Source of the DNA: an uncultured Polaromonas sp.
Lineage (GTDB): Bacteria; Pseudomonadota; Gammaproteobacteria; Burkholderiales; Burkholderiaceae_C
DNA: 30,826 nt
Assembly (NCBI GenBank): GCA_965365965.1
Contig: CBDUEA010000001.1
Coordinates: forward strand, 1 to 30,826
Reading direction: 5' to 3'
Made by a program: the position numbers and the translations under genes
Shown here: positions 19,465 to 28,332 of the stretch, in pieces
Layout of the letters: each line of letters begins with the position of its first letter
How positions within the stretch are numbered: position 1 is the first letter of the stretch
Notes under the pieces: generated by a model
What the model saw: the letters and a program-made list of their open reading frames with translations, nothing else
What the model was told of the DNA's origin: nothing
Database searches by the model: none

Positions 19465-22400
19465 TGCCAGCTCCTTTGGCAACTTCGCGCTTATCTTGTT
19501 CTTCTATTCCAGCATCTTGTGCATGTTTTGAATAAATTTTGCGCTGCCGCTCACTTCCTTTGAAGAATCCGCGTATCACGACAAAGAAAACGGGTACGAA
19601 AAATACAGCCAAAGCTGTTCCAGTGATCATGCCGCCAATCACGCCTGTCCCAATCGCGCGTTGACTCGCGGAACTGGCACCGGTTGCAATCGCCAAAGGT
19701 AATACACCCAGCATGAATGCCATAGAAGTCATAATAATAGGTCGAAAACGAAGATGTGCAGCAGCTAGCGCTGATTCAATTACCCCTTTGCCTTGTGCTT
19801 GAAGGTCCTTGGCAAATTCGATAATCAAGATTGCGTTTTTTGCGGATAAACCAATGATGGTAATTAGACCGACTTGAAAGTACACATCATTGGCATAACT
19901 ACGCAAAAAGGTTGCCAATAAGACCCCAAGGACTCCAAGCGGTACAACCAAAATGACAGCCAATGGTATTGACCAGCTCTCATAAAGAGCTGCAAGGCTT
20001 AAAAACACAGCCAAAATAGCAAATCCATACAAAATGATTGCCTGCGAGCCAGCAAGTTTTTCTTCTCTTGACTGACCCGTCCACTCATAACCGAAACCTG
20101 GCGGCAGTTGAGCAGCAAGTTTTTCCATTTCAATAATTGCAGCACCAGTGCTATACCCAGGTGCAGCACCGCCACTGATGCGCATTGCAGGGTAGCCGTT
20201 ATAGCGAATTGTCTGCATGGCGCCCTTGATCCAGCTGGTAGAAGCAAATGCAGATATGGGTAATTGTTGCCCTTGCTTATTGCTGACATTCAGTTGAAGA
20301 ATATCCTCAGGCTGCATGCGGTTAGGAGCATCAGCCTGCACCACAACACGCTGCAAACGCCCTTGATTCGGAAAATCATTCACGTAACTAGAACCCAAAC
20401 CCGTAGAAAGTACCGAATTGATAGTATCTAAACTGACACCCAATGCGTTTGCCTTGTCACGATCAATATTGATTTGTAGCTGCGGCGCATCCTCTATTCC
20501 ATCAGGTCGAACTTGAGCCAGAATAGCACTTTTCGATGCCAAACCTAAGAGTTGATTTCTTGCCGCTAACAAAGCATCATGCCCAGCACCTGCACGATCC
20601 TGGAGACGAAATGTAAAACCGCTGGCAGAACCTAATTCAGGAATTGGCGGTGGGCTCAAAGGAAATATTGAAGCATCGCGAATGCCGGAGAGTGCCCCAT
20701 ATGCTCGCCCAGCCAATGCCTCCGCAGATTGGCCTTTTTCTTTTCGCTCTGACCAATCTTTCAAGGTCGTAAAGGCCAAAGCAGCATTTTGTCCTTGACC
20801 TGAAAAACTGAAACCCAATACACTGACCATGCTCTGCACTTCGGGCTGCTTCAAAATATTAGCTTCAACCTGCTCAACGACATTGCTCGTACGCTCCAAA
20901 GTTGCTCCTGGCGGAAGTTGAACGTTAACCAGCATGGTTCCTTGATCCTCACCAGGCAAAAATGAAGTTGGTAGTCTTGTATAGATTAAAGCCACAACGC
21001 CCACGATGGCGACATAAAGTATCAAATATCTACTAGCACGTCCAAGAATACGCGCCACCAGTCCTTCATAATTTTTGGCAGTGCGTGTAAATCCGCGATT
21101 AAACCAGCCAAAGAAACCGGTCTTAGCGTGGTGATGACCAGCATCAACCGGCTTAAGCAGTGTTGCACACAGCGCTGGCGTTAAAGAAAGTGCTAGAAAG
21201 GCTGAAAATGCGATTGATGTCACCATCACCGTAGCAAACTGCCTGTAGATATTTCCGACAGAACCTGCGAAAAATGCAAGTGGCACAAACACAGAAATCA
21301 ACACGACTGTTACCCCAACAATAGCACCTGAGATTTGCCCCATTGCTTTACGTGTGGCATCCAGTGGCGATAAGCCTTCTTCGCTCATGATGCGCTCAAC
21401 ATTCTCTACCACCACAATAGCATCATCCACCACAATACCAATGACTAAAACCATGCCAAACATGGTCAAAACATTGATAGAAAACCCCAACGCCAATAGT
21501 GTGGCAAAAGTTCCGAGTAAAGCGATCGGCACAACAATGGTTGGGATGATGGTGTAACGCCAGTTTTGTAAAAACAAAAACATCACTAAAAACACCAGGA
21601 CGACAGCCTCTATCAATGTCTCAGCCACTTGCCGAATCGAAATGCTCACAAAACGTGAGCTGTCGTATGGAATAGCGTAACTAACGCCTTGGGGAAAATA
21701 CACTTGCAACTCATCCATCTTGGCGCGAACTGCCTTCGCTGCTGCCAGAGCATTTCCGCTAGGTGTGAGCTGAACACCAATGCCGGTAGAGGGTTTGCCA
21801 TTCAGTCGGGCAGAAGTTGCGTATGTTTGCGCGCCCAAATCAATGCGCGCTACATCTTTCAAGCGCACGGTCGATCCGTCGGTATTCGAGCGCAACACAA
21901 TATTTCCAAACTGCTCTACATTAGTAAGCTGACCATTCACAACCACCGTAGCAGTGATGCCTTGACCAGCAACGTTTGGAAGATCGCCTATTGTTCCTGA
22001 CGAAATCTGAGCATTTTGTGCACGAATAGCGTTGGTGACATCGCTCGCTGAGAGCGTCAAACCAGCTAGTTTTGCAGGGTCAATCCAAATGCGCATCGCA
22101 CGCTCAGTGCCAAACAACTGCACTTGACCTATGCCGGGCAAACGTTGCAGTTCAGGAATGACGTTGCGCGAAGCATAATCACCCAATCCCACTGGATCAA
22201 CAGCAGGATTATTTGAAGAAAGCATCGTAAACAGCAAAAAGTTGGAGCGCGACTTATCGACACGTACGCCCTGCTGAGTCACACTTTGTGGCAAACGTGG
22301 CGCTGCACGTGACAAACGGTTTTGAACGTCAACTTGAGCCAAATCTGGATTGGTTCCAGTTTCAAAAGTCAAAGTGATGCTCCCCGAACCGTTTGCTTGA

Positions 22401-22645
22401 GCAACAGACTCCATATAAATGAGGCCAGGGGATCCATTCATTTCACGTTCAATCACGCTCAACACGCTGTCCTCTAATGTGCTGGCTGATGCACCTGGAT
22501 AACTGGCAGAAACGATGATAGAGGGTGGAGCCACTGGTGGGTACTGAGCAATCGACAATTGCGTGATTGCGACACTACCCAAAACCACAATGAAAAGGGC
22601 AATCACCCAGGCGAAGATAGGTCGATCAATAAAAAATTTGGCCAT
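19457..22645 (-). CDS. HAE1 RND multidrug efflux permease (AcrB/MexB-like)
   Basis: MAKFFIDRPIFAWV start; proton-relay residues in VDDAIVVVEN, SAKNAIL and RFRPIIMT are intact; 1062 aa. Confidence 0.97.
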   Translation of the reverse strand: MAKFFIDRPIFAWVIALFIVVLGSVAITQLSIAQYPPVAPPSIIVSASYPGASASTLEDSVLSVIEREMNGSPGLIYMESVAQANGSGSITLTFETGTNPDLAQVDVQNRLSRAAPRLPQSVTQQGVRVDKSRSNFLLFTMLSSNNPAVDPVGLGDYASRNVIPELQRLPGIGQVQLFGTERAMRIWIDPAKLAGLTLSASDVTNAIRAQNAQISSGTIGDLPNVAGQGITATVVVNGQLTNVEQFGNIVLRSNTDGSTVRLKDVARIDLGAQTYATSARLNGKPSTGIGVQLTPSGNALAAAKAVRAKMDELQVYFPQGVSYAIPYDSSRFVSISIRQVAETLIEAVVLVFLVMFLFLQNWRYTIIPTIVVPIALLGTFATLLALGFSINVLTMFGMVLVIGIVVDDAIVVVENVERIMSEEGLSPLDATRKAMGQISGAIVGVTVVLISVFVPLAFFAGSVGNIYRQFATVMVTSIAFSAFLALSLTPALCATLLKPVDAGHHHAKTGFFGWFNRGFTRTAKNYEGLVARILGRASRYLILYVAIVGVVALIYTRLPTSFLPGEDQGTMLVNVQLPPGATLERTSNVVEQVEANILKQPEVQSMVSVLGFSFSGQGQNAALAFTTLKDWSERKEKGQSAEALAGRAYGALSGIRDASIFPLSPPPIPELGSASGFTFRLQDRAGAGHDALLAARNQLLGLASKSAILAQVRPDGIEDAPQLQINIDRDKANALGVSLDTINSVLSTGLGSSYVNDFPNQGRLQRVVVQADAPNRMQPEDILQLNVSNKQGQQLPISAFASTSWIKGAMQTIRYNGYPAMRISGGAAPGYSTGAAIIEMEKLAAQLPPGFGYEWTGQSREEKLAGSQAIILYGFAILAVFLSLAALYESWSIPLAVILVVPLGVLGVLLATFLRSYANDVYFQVGLITIIGLSAKNAILIIEFAKDLQAQGKGVIESALAAAHLRFRPIIMTSMAFMLGVLPLAIATGASSASQRAIGTGVIGGMITGTALAVFFVPVFFVVIRGFFKGSERQRKIYSKHAQDAGIEEQDKREVAKGAGNA

Positions 22646-22657
22646 GCAAAGTGCCCC

Positions 22658-23923
22658 TTACTTCGCAGCCGCTGTATTGGCGGTAGCGTTAGCACTATTA
22701 TCAGCAGGTGTGCTTGTGCTACCAGTAGCAACTGCAACCCCAGGCTGCCAAGGAACCGGTTTGACGGATGCGCCAGGCTGTATTTTTTGGAAACCATCAA
22801 CCATAACCTGCTCTCCCGCCTTGAGACCGTCGATTACAACCCATTGCGCGCCCTTGGCAGAACCTATCTTGACTGTACGAGGAGCCACTTTTCCATCGCT
22901 ACCAACCACCATGACTGTGTCGCCTTGCCCCGTACGCGTTACCGCCTGTTGCGGTAATAAAATGGCATTAGAAGCTTGCGCTTGCTCAAGTCGAACTCGG
23001 ACATAGAGCCCAGGCAGTAACTGTCCTGTTGGATTTGGAATCTCGGCTCTCAAAGTAACTTGGCCTGTCGTCGGATCAACGCTCAAGTCAGAGAACAAAA
23101 GTCGTCCTTGTAAAGGATATTCCGTACCATCTTCAAGGACCAACCGGACACTGGCAGCATTCGCACCACTGGCCCGTTTAAATTGACCACTGTTCATGGC
23201 CGCTTTTAGCTTCATTACGTCCGATGCTGACTGCGTAAAGTTGATGTACATCGGATTAATTTGCTGAATGACTGCCAGTGGCGTTGCTTCACTCTGCCCT
23301 ACAAGCGCTCCTTCGGTGACCAAGGCACGCCCGATGCGGCCTGAAATTGGTGCGGTCACAGATGAATAACCTAAAGTGATGCTCGCAGTTTGAACGTTGG
23401 CCTTTCCAACGGCTACATCTGCAGCTGCTTGTTTTTGCGCCGCTACAGCATTTGCATATTCCTGCTTGCTGATCGCATTAGCTTCGACAAGAGGTTTGTA
23501 CCTATCAGCCAATTCAGTCGTCTGTGCCAAGTTTGCTTCGGCGCGTGCTTGATTTGCTTTTGCGCTGGCCAGAGCAGCTGCATAAGGCGCCGCATCAATT
23601 TTAAAAAGTGATTGACCGACTTTCACGTCACTACCTTCTTTGAACACTCTTTTTTGTAAAATCCCAGCGGTACGCGCCCTAACTTGAGCGATACGAGAGG
23701 CTTCAAGACGCCCAGGCAGCTCAGTAAGTAGACCAACATCACCAAGTTTAACCATGACTACACCAACTTGAGCCATCGGAGGAGCCTTGCCACTGGGTCC
23801 AGCAGGTGCAGATTCTTTGCTACATCCGGATAACGCAAATACACATAGTGCAAGCGAAGAAAGGGATGATTTAAGCATCCATGGATTCGACAAAAATGAT
23901 TTGGAAACACTAAACATAGTCAT
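22658..23923 (-). CDS. RND periplasmic adaptor lipoprotein (AcrA/MexA-like)
   Basis: Lipobox ALSGC; ELPGRLEA, APISGRIG, VDPTTG, LLPGLYVR, GLKAGEQV. Confidence 0.95.
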   Translation of the reverse strand: MTMFSVSKSFLSNPWMLKSSLSSLALCVFALSGCSKESAPAGPSGKAPPMAQVGVVMVKLGDVGLLTELPGRLEASRIAQVRARTAGILQKRVFKEGSDVKVGQSLFKIDAAPYAAALASAKANQARAEANLAQTTELADRYKPLVEANAISKQEYANAVAAQKQAAADVAVGKANVQTASITLGYSSVTAPISGRIGRALVTEGALVGQSEATPLAVIQQINPMYINFTQSASDVMKLKAAMNSGQFKRASGANAASVRLVLEDGTEYPLQGRLLFSDLSVDPTTGQVTLRAEIPNPTGQLLPGLYVRVRLEQAQASNAILLPQQAVTRTGQGDTVMVVGSDGKVAPRTVKIGSAKGAQWVVIDGLKAGEQVMVDGFQKIQPGASVKPVPWQPGVAVATGSTSTPADNSANATANTAAAK

Positions 23924-24241
23924 TCAACATCTCGATTTAAAAATATTGCGATATTGGCAATGAACGAAATTTCATCATTCAAAATTTCACGCTCAGATAA
24001 AGCACCAAGGTAACCTCAAAGGGCTAGTTTACATATTTTTCGAGTTATTTAAATTAGCTTATCTAATCTTTATAAGTACTTGGGGAAAAGCGTAGGCAAT
24101 TTGATTCATTCATACAGAGGACATATGCCCTACTCACATCGATTAGCTAAGCGTTCAATGATTTAGACTTATGAGGATCATGCATAATGTTATGCTTTGG
24201 CGCCGCATTGTGCGCTTTTTCATCAAGAAAGCCCTCTGAAA

Positions 24242-25585
24242 ATGAAGTATGAGTCTGTCGATAGCTTCCTAGAACATGTAGCACAACGTAACCCCGGTCA
24301 GCCAGAGTTTCTGCAAGCCGTCACCGAAGTCATGGAAAGCTTGTGGCCATTTATCGAAAAGCATCCCAAGTATGCTGAACACAGCTTGCTGGAACGCTTG
24401 ATAGAACCAGAACGCGTGATCATGTTCCGTGTCTCATGGACAGACGATCACGGCACGGTACAGGTTAACCGTGGCTACCGGATTCAGCACAGCATGGCGA
24501 TTGGCCCTTATAAAGGCGGTCTGCGCTTTCACCCATCGGTTAACCTCTCGGTGCTCAAGTTTTTGGCATTCGAGCAGACCTTCAAAAATGCACTAACCAC
24601 CCTGCCTATGGGTGGCGGTAAGGGTGGTTCTGACTTCGACCCCAAAGGCAAGAGTGCTGGCGAAGTCATGCGTTTCTGCCAAGCCTTTGCCAGTGAGCTG
24701 TTCCGCCACATTGGTGCTGACACGGACGTGCCAGCAGGCGATATCGGCGTGGGCGGCCGCGAGGTGGGATTTATTGCCGGCATGTACAAGAAGCTCAGCA
24801 ACCGCGCTGACTGCGTGTTCACTGGGAAGGGCCTGTCTTTTGGTGGCTCGTTGATCCGCCCAGAAGCCACAGGTTACGGCACCGTTTACTTCGCTGCAGA
24901 AATGCTCAAGACTCGTCGCAAGACATTCGATGGATTGCGCGTTTCGGTTTCAGGCTCAGGTAACGTTGCTCAATATGCGGTGGAAAAAGCCATGGCACTG
25001 GGCGCCAAGGTGGTTACGGTGTCTGACTCCAGCGGAACCATCGTCGATGAAGAAGGCTTCAACACTGAAAAACTCATTATTTTGATGGATGTGAAGAACC
25101 ATCTCTATGGCCGTCTGAGCGACTACGCCAAGCGCACTGGGGTGAAGTTCGAGGCAGGCAAGACGCCTTGGCATGTGCCGGTGGACATTGCCTTGCCCTG
25201 CGCAACTCAAAACGAGCTGACCCTAAGTGACGCTGCTACTCTGATCAAAAATGGGGTGATTTGCGTGGCTGAAGGCGCGAACATGCCTTCAACCATCGAA
25301 GCCGCCAAGGCCTTTGAAGCCGCGGGCGTCCTCTATGCACCGGGTAAGGCCAGTAACGCTGGTGGTGTGGCTACATCGGGTCTTGAGATGAGCCAAAACG
25401 CCATGCGTTTGAACTGGACTGCTGAAGAGGTGGACAACCGTTTGCTGATGATTATGCAAGGCATCCATGCAGCATGCCTGAAGCACGGCAGCCGTGCTGA
25501 TGGCTCGGTGAGTTACATCGACGGTGCTAACGTAGCCGGCTTCGTCAAGGTAGCCGACGCCATGTTGGCGCAAGGCGTAATCTAA
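24242..25585 (+). CDS. gdhA: NADP-specific glutamate dehydrogenase
   Basis: GPYKGGLRFH, LPMGGGKGG, DVPAGDIGVG, RPEATGYG, GSGNVA, EGANMP, KASNAGGVA. ATG 24242 is preferred over 24197. Confidence 0.97.
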   Translation: MKYESVDSFLEHVAQRNPGQPEFLQAVTEVMESLWPFIEKHPKYAEHSLLERLIEPERVIMFRVSWTDDHGTVQVNRGYRIQHSMAIGPYKGGLRFHPSVNLSVLKFLAFEQTFKNALTTLPMGGGKGGSDFDPKGKSAGEVMRFCQAFASELFRHIGADTDVPAGDIGVGGREVGFIAGMYKKLSNRADCVFTGKGLSFGGSLIRPEATGYGTVYFAAEMLKTRRKTFDGLRVSVSGSGNVAQYAVEKAMALGAKVVTVSDSSGTIVDEEGFNTEKLIILMDVKNHLYGRLSDYAKRTGVKFEAGKTPWHVPVDIALPCATQNELTLSDAATLIKNGVICVAEGANMPSTIEAAKAFEAAGVLYAPGKASNAGGVATSGLEMSQNAMRLNWTAEEVDNRLLMIMQGIHAACLKHGSRADGSVSYIDGANVAGFVKVADAMLAQGVI

Positions 25586-25688
25586 AGAATACTCTCTTCA
25601 ACACGCAATAGATCATACTTAGATAAGGTGATTTTTGGATCACTTTAACAAGAGACATATACTTAGAACAACAGGAATACATACGACC

Positions 25689-26933
25689 ATGAGTGGATAC
25701 AACGTAGTAGCAGCAAAAAATACGATGAATGCGCCAAACAGTAATGGCTCATATTCACAATCAGTCGCTTTCTCTCACTACAACAACCTATCAGCTCAAT
25801 TACCTATCGATCCAAAAACTGGTCAATTGGTGGCTGGCGGCGTCAATGAGCAAGCGAAACAGTGCTTTGACAATATCAAAGCGGTTCTAGAAAGTATCAA
25901 CCATGTAATGGACGATGTCGTCAGGATCACGGTATTTGTCAAAAATATTGCTGATGTCGCCGCTGTTGACAACGTATTTACCAGCTTCTTCACAGGCTAT
26001 GTACCGACACGTACCACCGTTGCTGTGGCAGCTTTGCCTAACGGCGCTTTGGTACAAATTGAAGCGCTGGTATCGCATGGCGAAGGCACCATCCCCAATG
26101 CACCGCAGGCTGGTGACCTTGTTAAAGTTGCAAGAAATACAAGCAATGCACCAATAAATGAGCTGTCTACACAAACGGTCGCCTTCTCGCACTACAACAA
26201 CCTTTCAGCTCAATTACCCATTGACCCAAAAACAGGGCAGCTGGTTGCAGGTGGTACAAAAGAGCAAGCCACACAATGCTTCAACAACATTAAAGCCATT
26301 TTAGAAAGCATCGGCCATGTTATGAACGATGTGGTACGAATCACCATCTTCGTTAAAAACTTAGCCGATACCGAGAATGCAAAAGACGTTTATAAAACTT
26401 TTTTCCCAAGCTATGTTCCGGCACTCACAAACGTTGTTGTGACCGCGTTGCCGATGGACGCTTTGGTGCAAATTGAAGCCGTTGTGTCGCACGGCGACGG
26501 CACACCCCCGCAACCTGTTGAAGACGCGCGCAACATCGTCATTAAAGCCAACAACACAGACACTGCTCCCAAAGGCCCCTACTCACAATCTGTTGCCTTC
26601 TCGCATTACAACCACATTTCAGCGCAATTACCTGTAGATGCTAAAACTGGTCAGCTTGTCGGCGGTGGCGTTAAAGAACAAGCAAGCCAGTGCCTGAAGA
26701 ATATCAAATCAATTGTGGAAAGTATTGATCATGTGATGGGAGATGTTGTCAAAATCAATATCGCCCTCAAAAACATCACAGATATTGACGCTGTAGAAGA
26801 AACTTACGCAACATACTTTCCCGGAGGAGTTCCAGCGCGCAGAATCATTGGCGTATCAGCACTACCTAAAGACGCATTGGTCCAAATTGATGCAGTCATT
26901 TCAAACGCTGAAGGAACTCCGCCAAAAGCGTAA
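25689..26933 (+). CDS. Three tandem RidA/YjgF/UK114 domains in one polypeptide
   Basis: Three repeats of SQ..AFSHYN..SAQLP.D.KTG...EQA.QC..NIK...DVV.I..P.R...ALP..ALVQI[ED]A. ATG 25689 is the likely start (414 aa). Confidence 0.92.
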   Translation: MSGYNVVAAKNTMNAPNSNGSYSQSVAFSHYNNLSAQLPIDPKTGQLVAGGVNEQAKQCFDNIKAVLESINHVMDDVVRITVFVKNIADVAAVDNVFTSFFTGYVPTRTTVAVAALPNGALVQIEALVSHGEGTIPNAPQAGDLVKVARNTSNAPINELSTQTVAFSHYNNLSAQLPIDPKTGQLVAGGTKEQATQCFNNIKAILESIGHVMNDVVRITIFVKNLADTENAKDVYKTFFPSYVPALTNVVVTALPMDALVQIEAVVSHGDGTPPQPVEDARNIVIKANNTDTAPKGPYSQSVAFSHYNHISAQLPVDAKTGQLVGGGVKEQASQCLKNIKSIVESIDHVMGDVVKINIALKNITDIDAVEETYATYFPGGVPARRIIGVSALPKDALVQIDAVISNAEGTPPKA

Positions 26934-26990
26934 CTTGCATTAGTAAGTGTTTAAATAGATACTTATTAAACAATATTTAGCCCCAGAAAC

Positions 26991-27029
26991 AAAAAAAGGG
27001 ACTTGGCAGTGATGCTAATTCCTTTTTTT
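26991..27029. terminator. Bidirectional rho-independent terminator
   Basis: AAAAAAAGGGA-C-TTGGC-AGTGAT-GCTAA-TTCCTTTTTTT: imperfect stem with A7 and T7 flanks, between the RidA gene (+) and the tRNA fragment (-). Confidence 0.75.
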
Positions 27030-27052
27030 ATAACTAATTTATTTGTTGATTT

Positions 27053-27100
27053 TGGTGGGCAGTTCAAATTTCGAACTTGTGACACCTGCAGAGTGAATGC
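27053..27100 (-). pseudogene. Degenerate 3' fragment (positions 29-76) of tRNA-Val(CAC); candidate att scar
   Basis: Minus strand reads GCA-TTCACTC-TGCAG-GTGTC-ACAAG-TTCGAAA-TTTGA-ACTGCCC-A-CCA, which matches tRNA segment lengths (7,5,5,5,7,5,7,1,3). No D-arm or 5' acceptor strand upstream. Confidence 0.8.
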
Positions 27101-27587
27101 CTTTATTATTGTCGGCGCCGATTGAATCTTGACCCAAGGGGGTGCGGACAATTTCTCACCTCTATAGCTATAACTTCTTTATTACACTTACACTTCTTAA
27201 GTTAAGAAATATATATATATAAAGAGAGTAGTAAATTAAATATTACATATAGGGTTTCAGAGCCAAGCGGAATATAACTAATTAGCGAACATAGGATCGA
27301 CGTTTTAAACGGCATTTGCTGGCATAGCGTCCAGCAATGAAGCTCCAAACTTCTTGTCACCTGCCAGTTTCTGTACTTCATTGGCGAGTTGTTCGATCGC
27401 AGTAGCCAGTACCATCGGATCACCGGCAGGTCAGACCAAAAGGTAGTGGAGCCCTATATCCTGCACACTGATTCTTGCTCTTTAAGCCTACAAACAAAAA
27501 AGCTTTAATTGCACCTTAGGTGAAGGTAAATTCAACTTCTAATTGTTCATATAGACTCAATGCTTTTACATTTAAAGGAAAACATCC

Positions 27588-27734
27588 ATGAATCTTCATC
27601 TCGCTCCAATCGTATCTTTGATTGCTGGCATTCTTATTTTAGTGGCGCCTCGTCTGCTGAACTACATTGTGGCGATTTACCTGATCATCATTGGCCTGAT
27701 TGGTTTGCTTGGCACGGGTTCGCTGCGCCTGTAA
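27588..27734 (+). CDS. DUF3096-like small membrane protein (48 aa), not in the ORF track
   Basis: MNLHLAPIVSLIAGILILVAPRLLNYIVAIYLIIIGLIGLLGTGSLRL; SD AAAGGA at 27574-27579; family motif LIAGILIL..PRLLNYIVA.YLI. Confidence 0.88.
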   Translation: MNLHLAPIVSLIAGILILVAPRLLNYIVAIYLIIIGLIGLLGTGSLRL

Positions 27735-28332
27735 ATTCAACCATAAATTATTCAAATTTCAGTTTGAAGTTGTCAAATTAAACATTTGGACTTTCAATTG
27801 CATTTTTAGCTAAACGAAATTGTAGTTACCTCTTTAGACTGGACATTTTATTTTTCTGCCAAATGAGTAATTTATGAAGCAAAGAACGGTGTATATATGC
27901 CCCAATTTCGTCAGCAAGTGGTCTAATTTGTCGGTATTGGAATTCCTGTGCTGCTGCTCCTGATTAATGCTGAAGGCTCTGCTAACTCCCTCAAGACAAC
28001 GAAGTTAGTCAACGCATAAGTACCTTCAGCGACTTGACCATCGTTTCGGGCCACAAAGCTGGTGACTTGATGAATACCGTTCAAGTTCACTTCAGAGCTG
28101 AGCTTTATAGATGGAATTGCATCGTCTTCAATTTAATTTCTCTTATCGAAAATTGTTGAACTGATTGCCACAGCGCAACAAGGAGTAACTTGAAATATAA
28201 GAATTGCGCACCAGATAAATACTATTAAAGACTGAGAAGCTAAGCTCGCCAACCCTAAGCTTGAAGTTGCTCCAGAAGCCTCACCCAAATCTACACCGCA
28301 CCCAATTCACCTACAACTGAAAGAAAAAACCC

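Noticed and set aside
215-25573. Many alternative-frame or antisense ORFs in the track (e.g. 215-799, 3927-4385, 6875-7684, 13836-14429, 15688-16161, 22563-23006)
   Set aside because: They lie wholly over well-supported genes, show no recognisable motifs, and are expected shadow ORFs.
25689-26933. Nucleotide repeats in the RidA gene as a CRISPR or non-coding array
   Set aside because: The repeats are in-frame protein-domain duplications with synonymous divergence.
26966-27151. 61-aa minus-strand ORF with GAGGTG upstream
   Set aside because: It runs through the tRNA fragment and the terminator and has no recognisable protein features.
27560-27781. 73-aa ORF in the track
   Set aside because: Wrong frame; the DUF3096-like gene at 27588-27734 has the SD and the family motif.
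27923-28132. 69-codon open minus-strand frame containing ELAEPSAL (PEP-CTERM-like)
   Set aside because: No start with SD, and no hydrophobic helix or basic tail after the EPS motif, so it is not a PEP-CTERM signal. It may be a relic but is unsupported.
28180-28228. AAGGAG followed by a 12-codon TTG micro-ORF (MKYKNCAPDKYY)
   Set aside because: Short SD spacing, weak start codon and no supporting evidence; it needs ribosome profiling.
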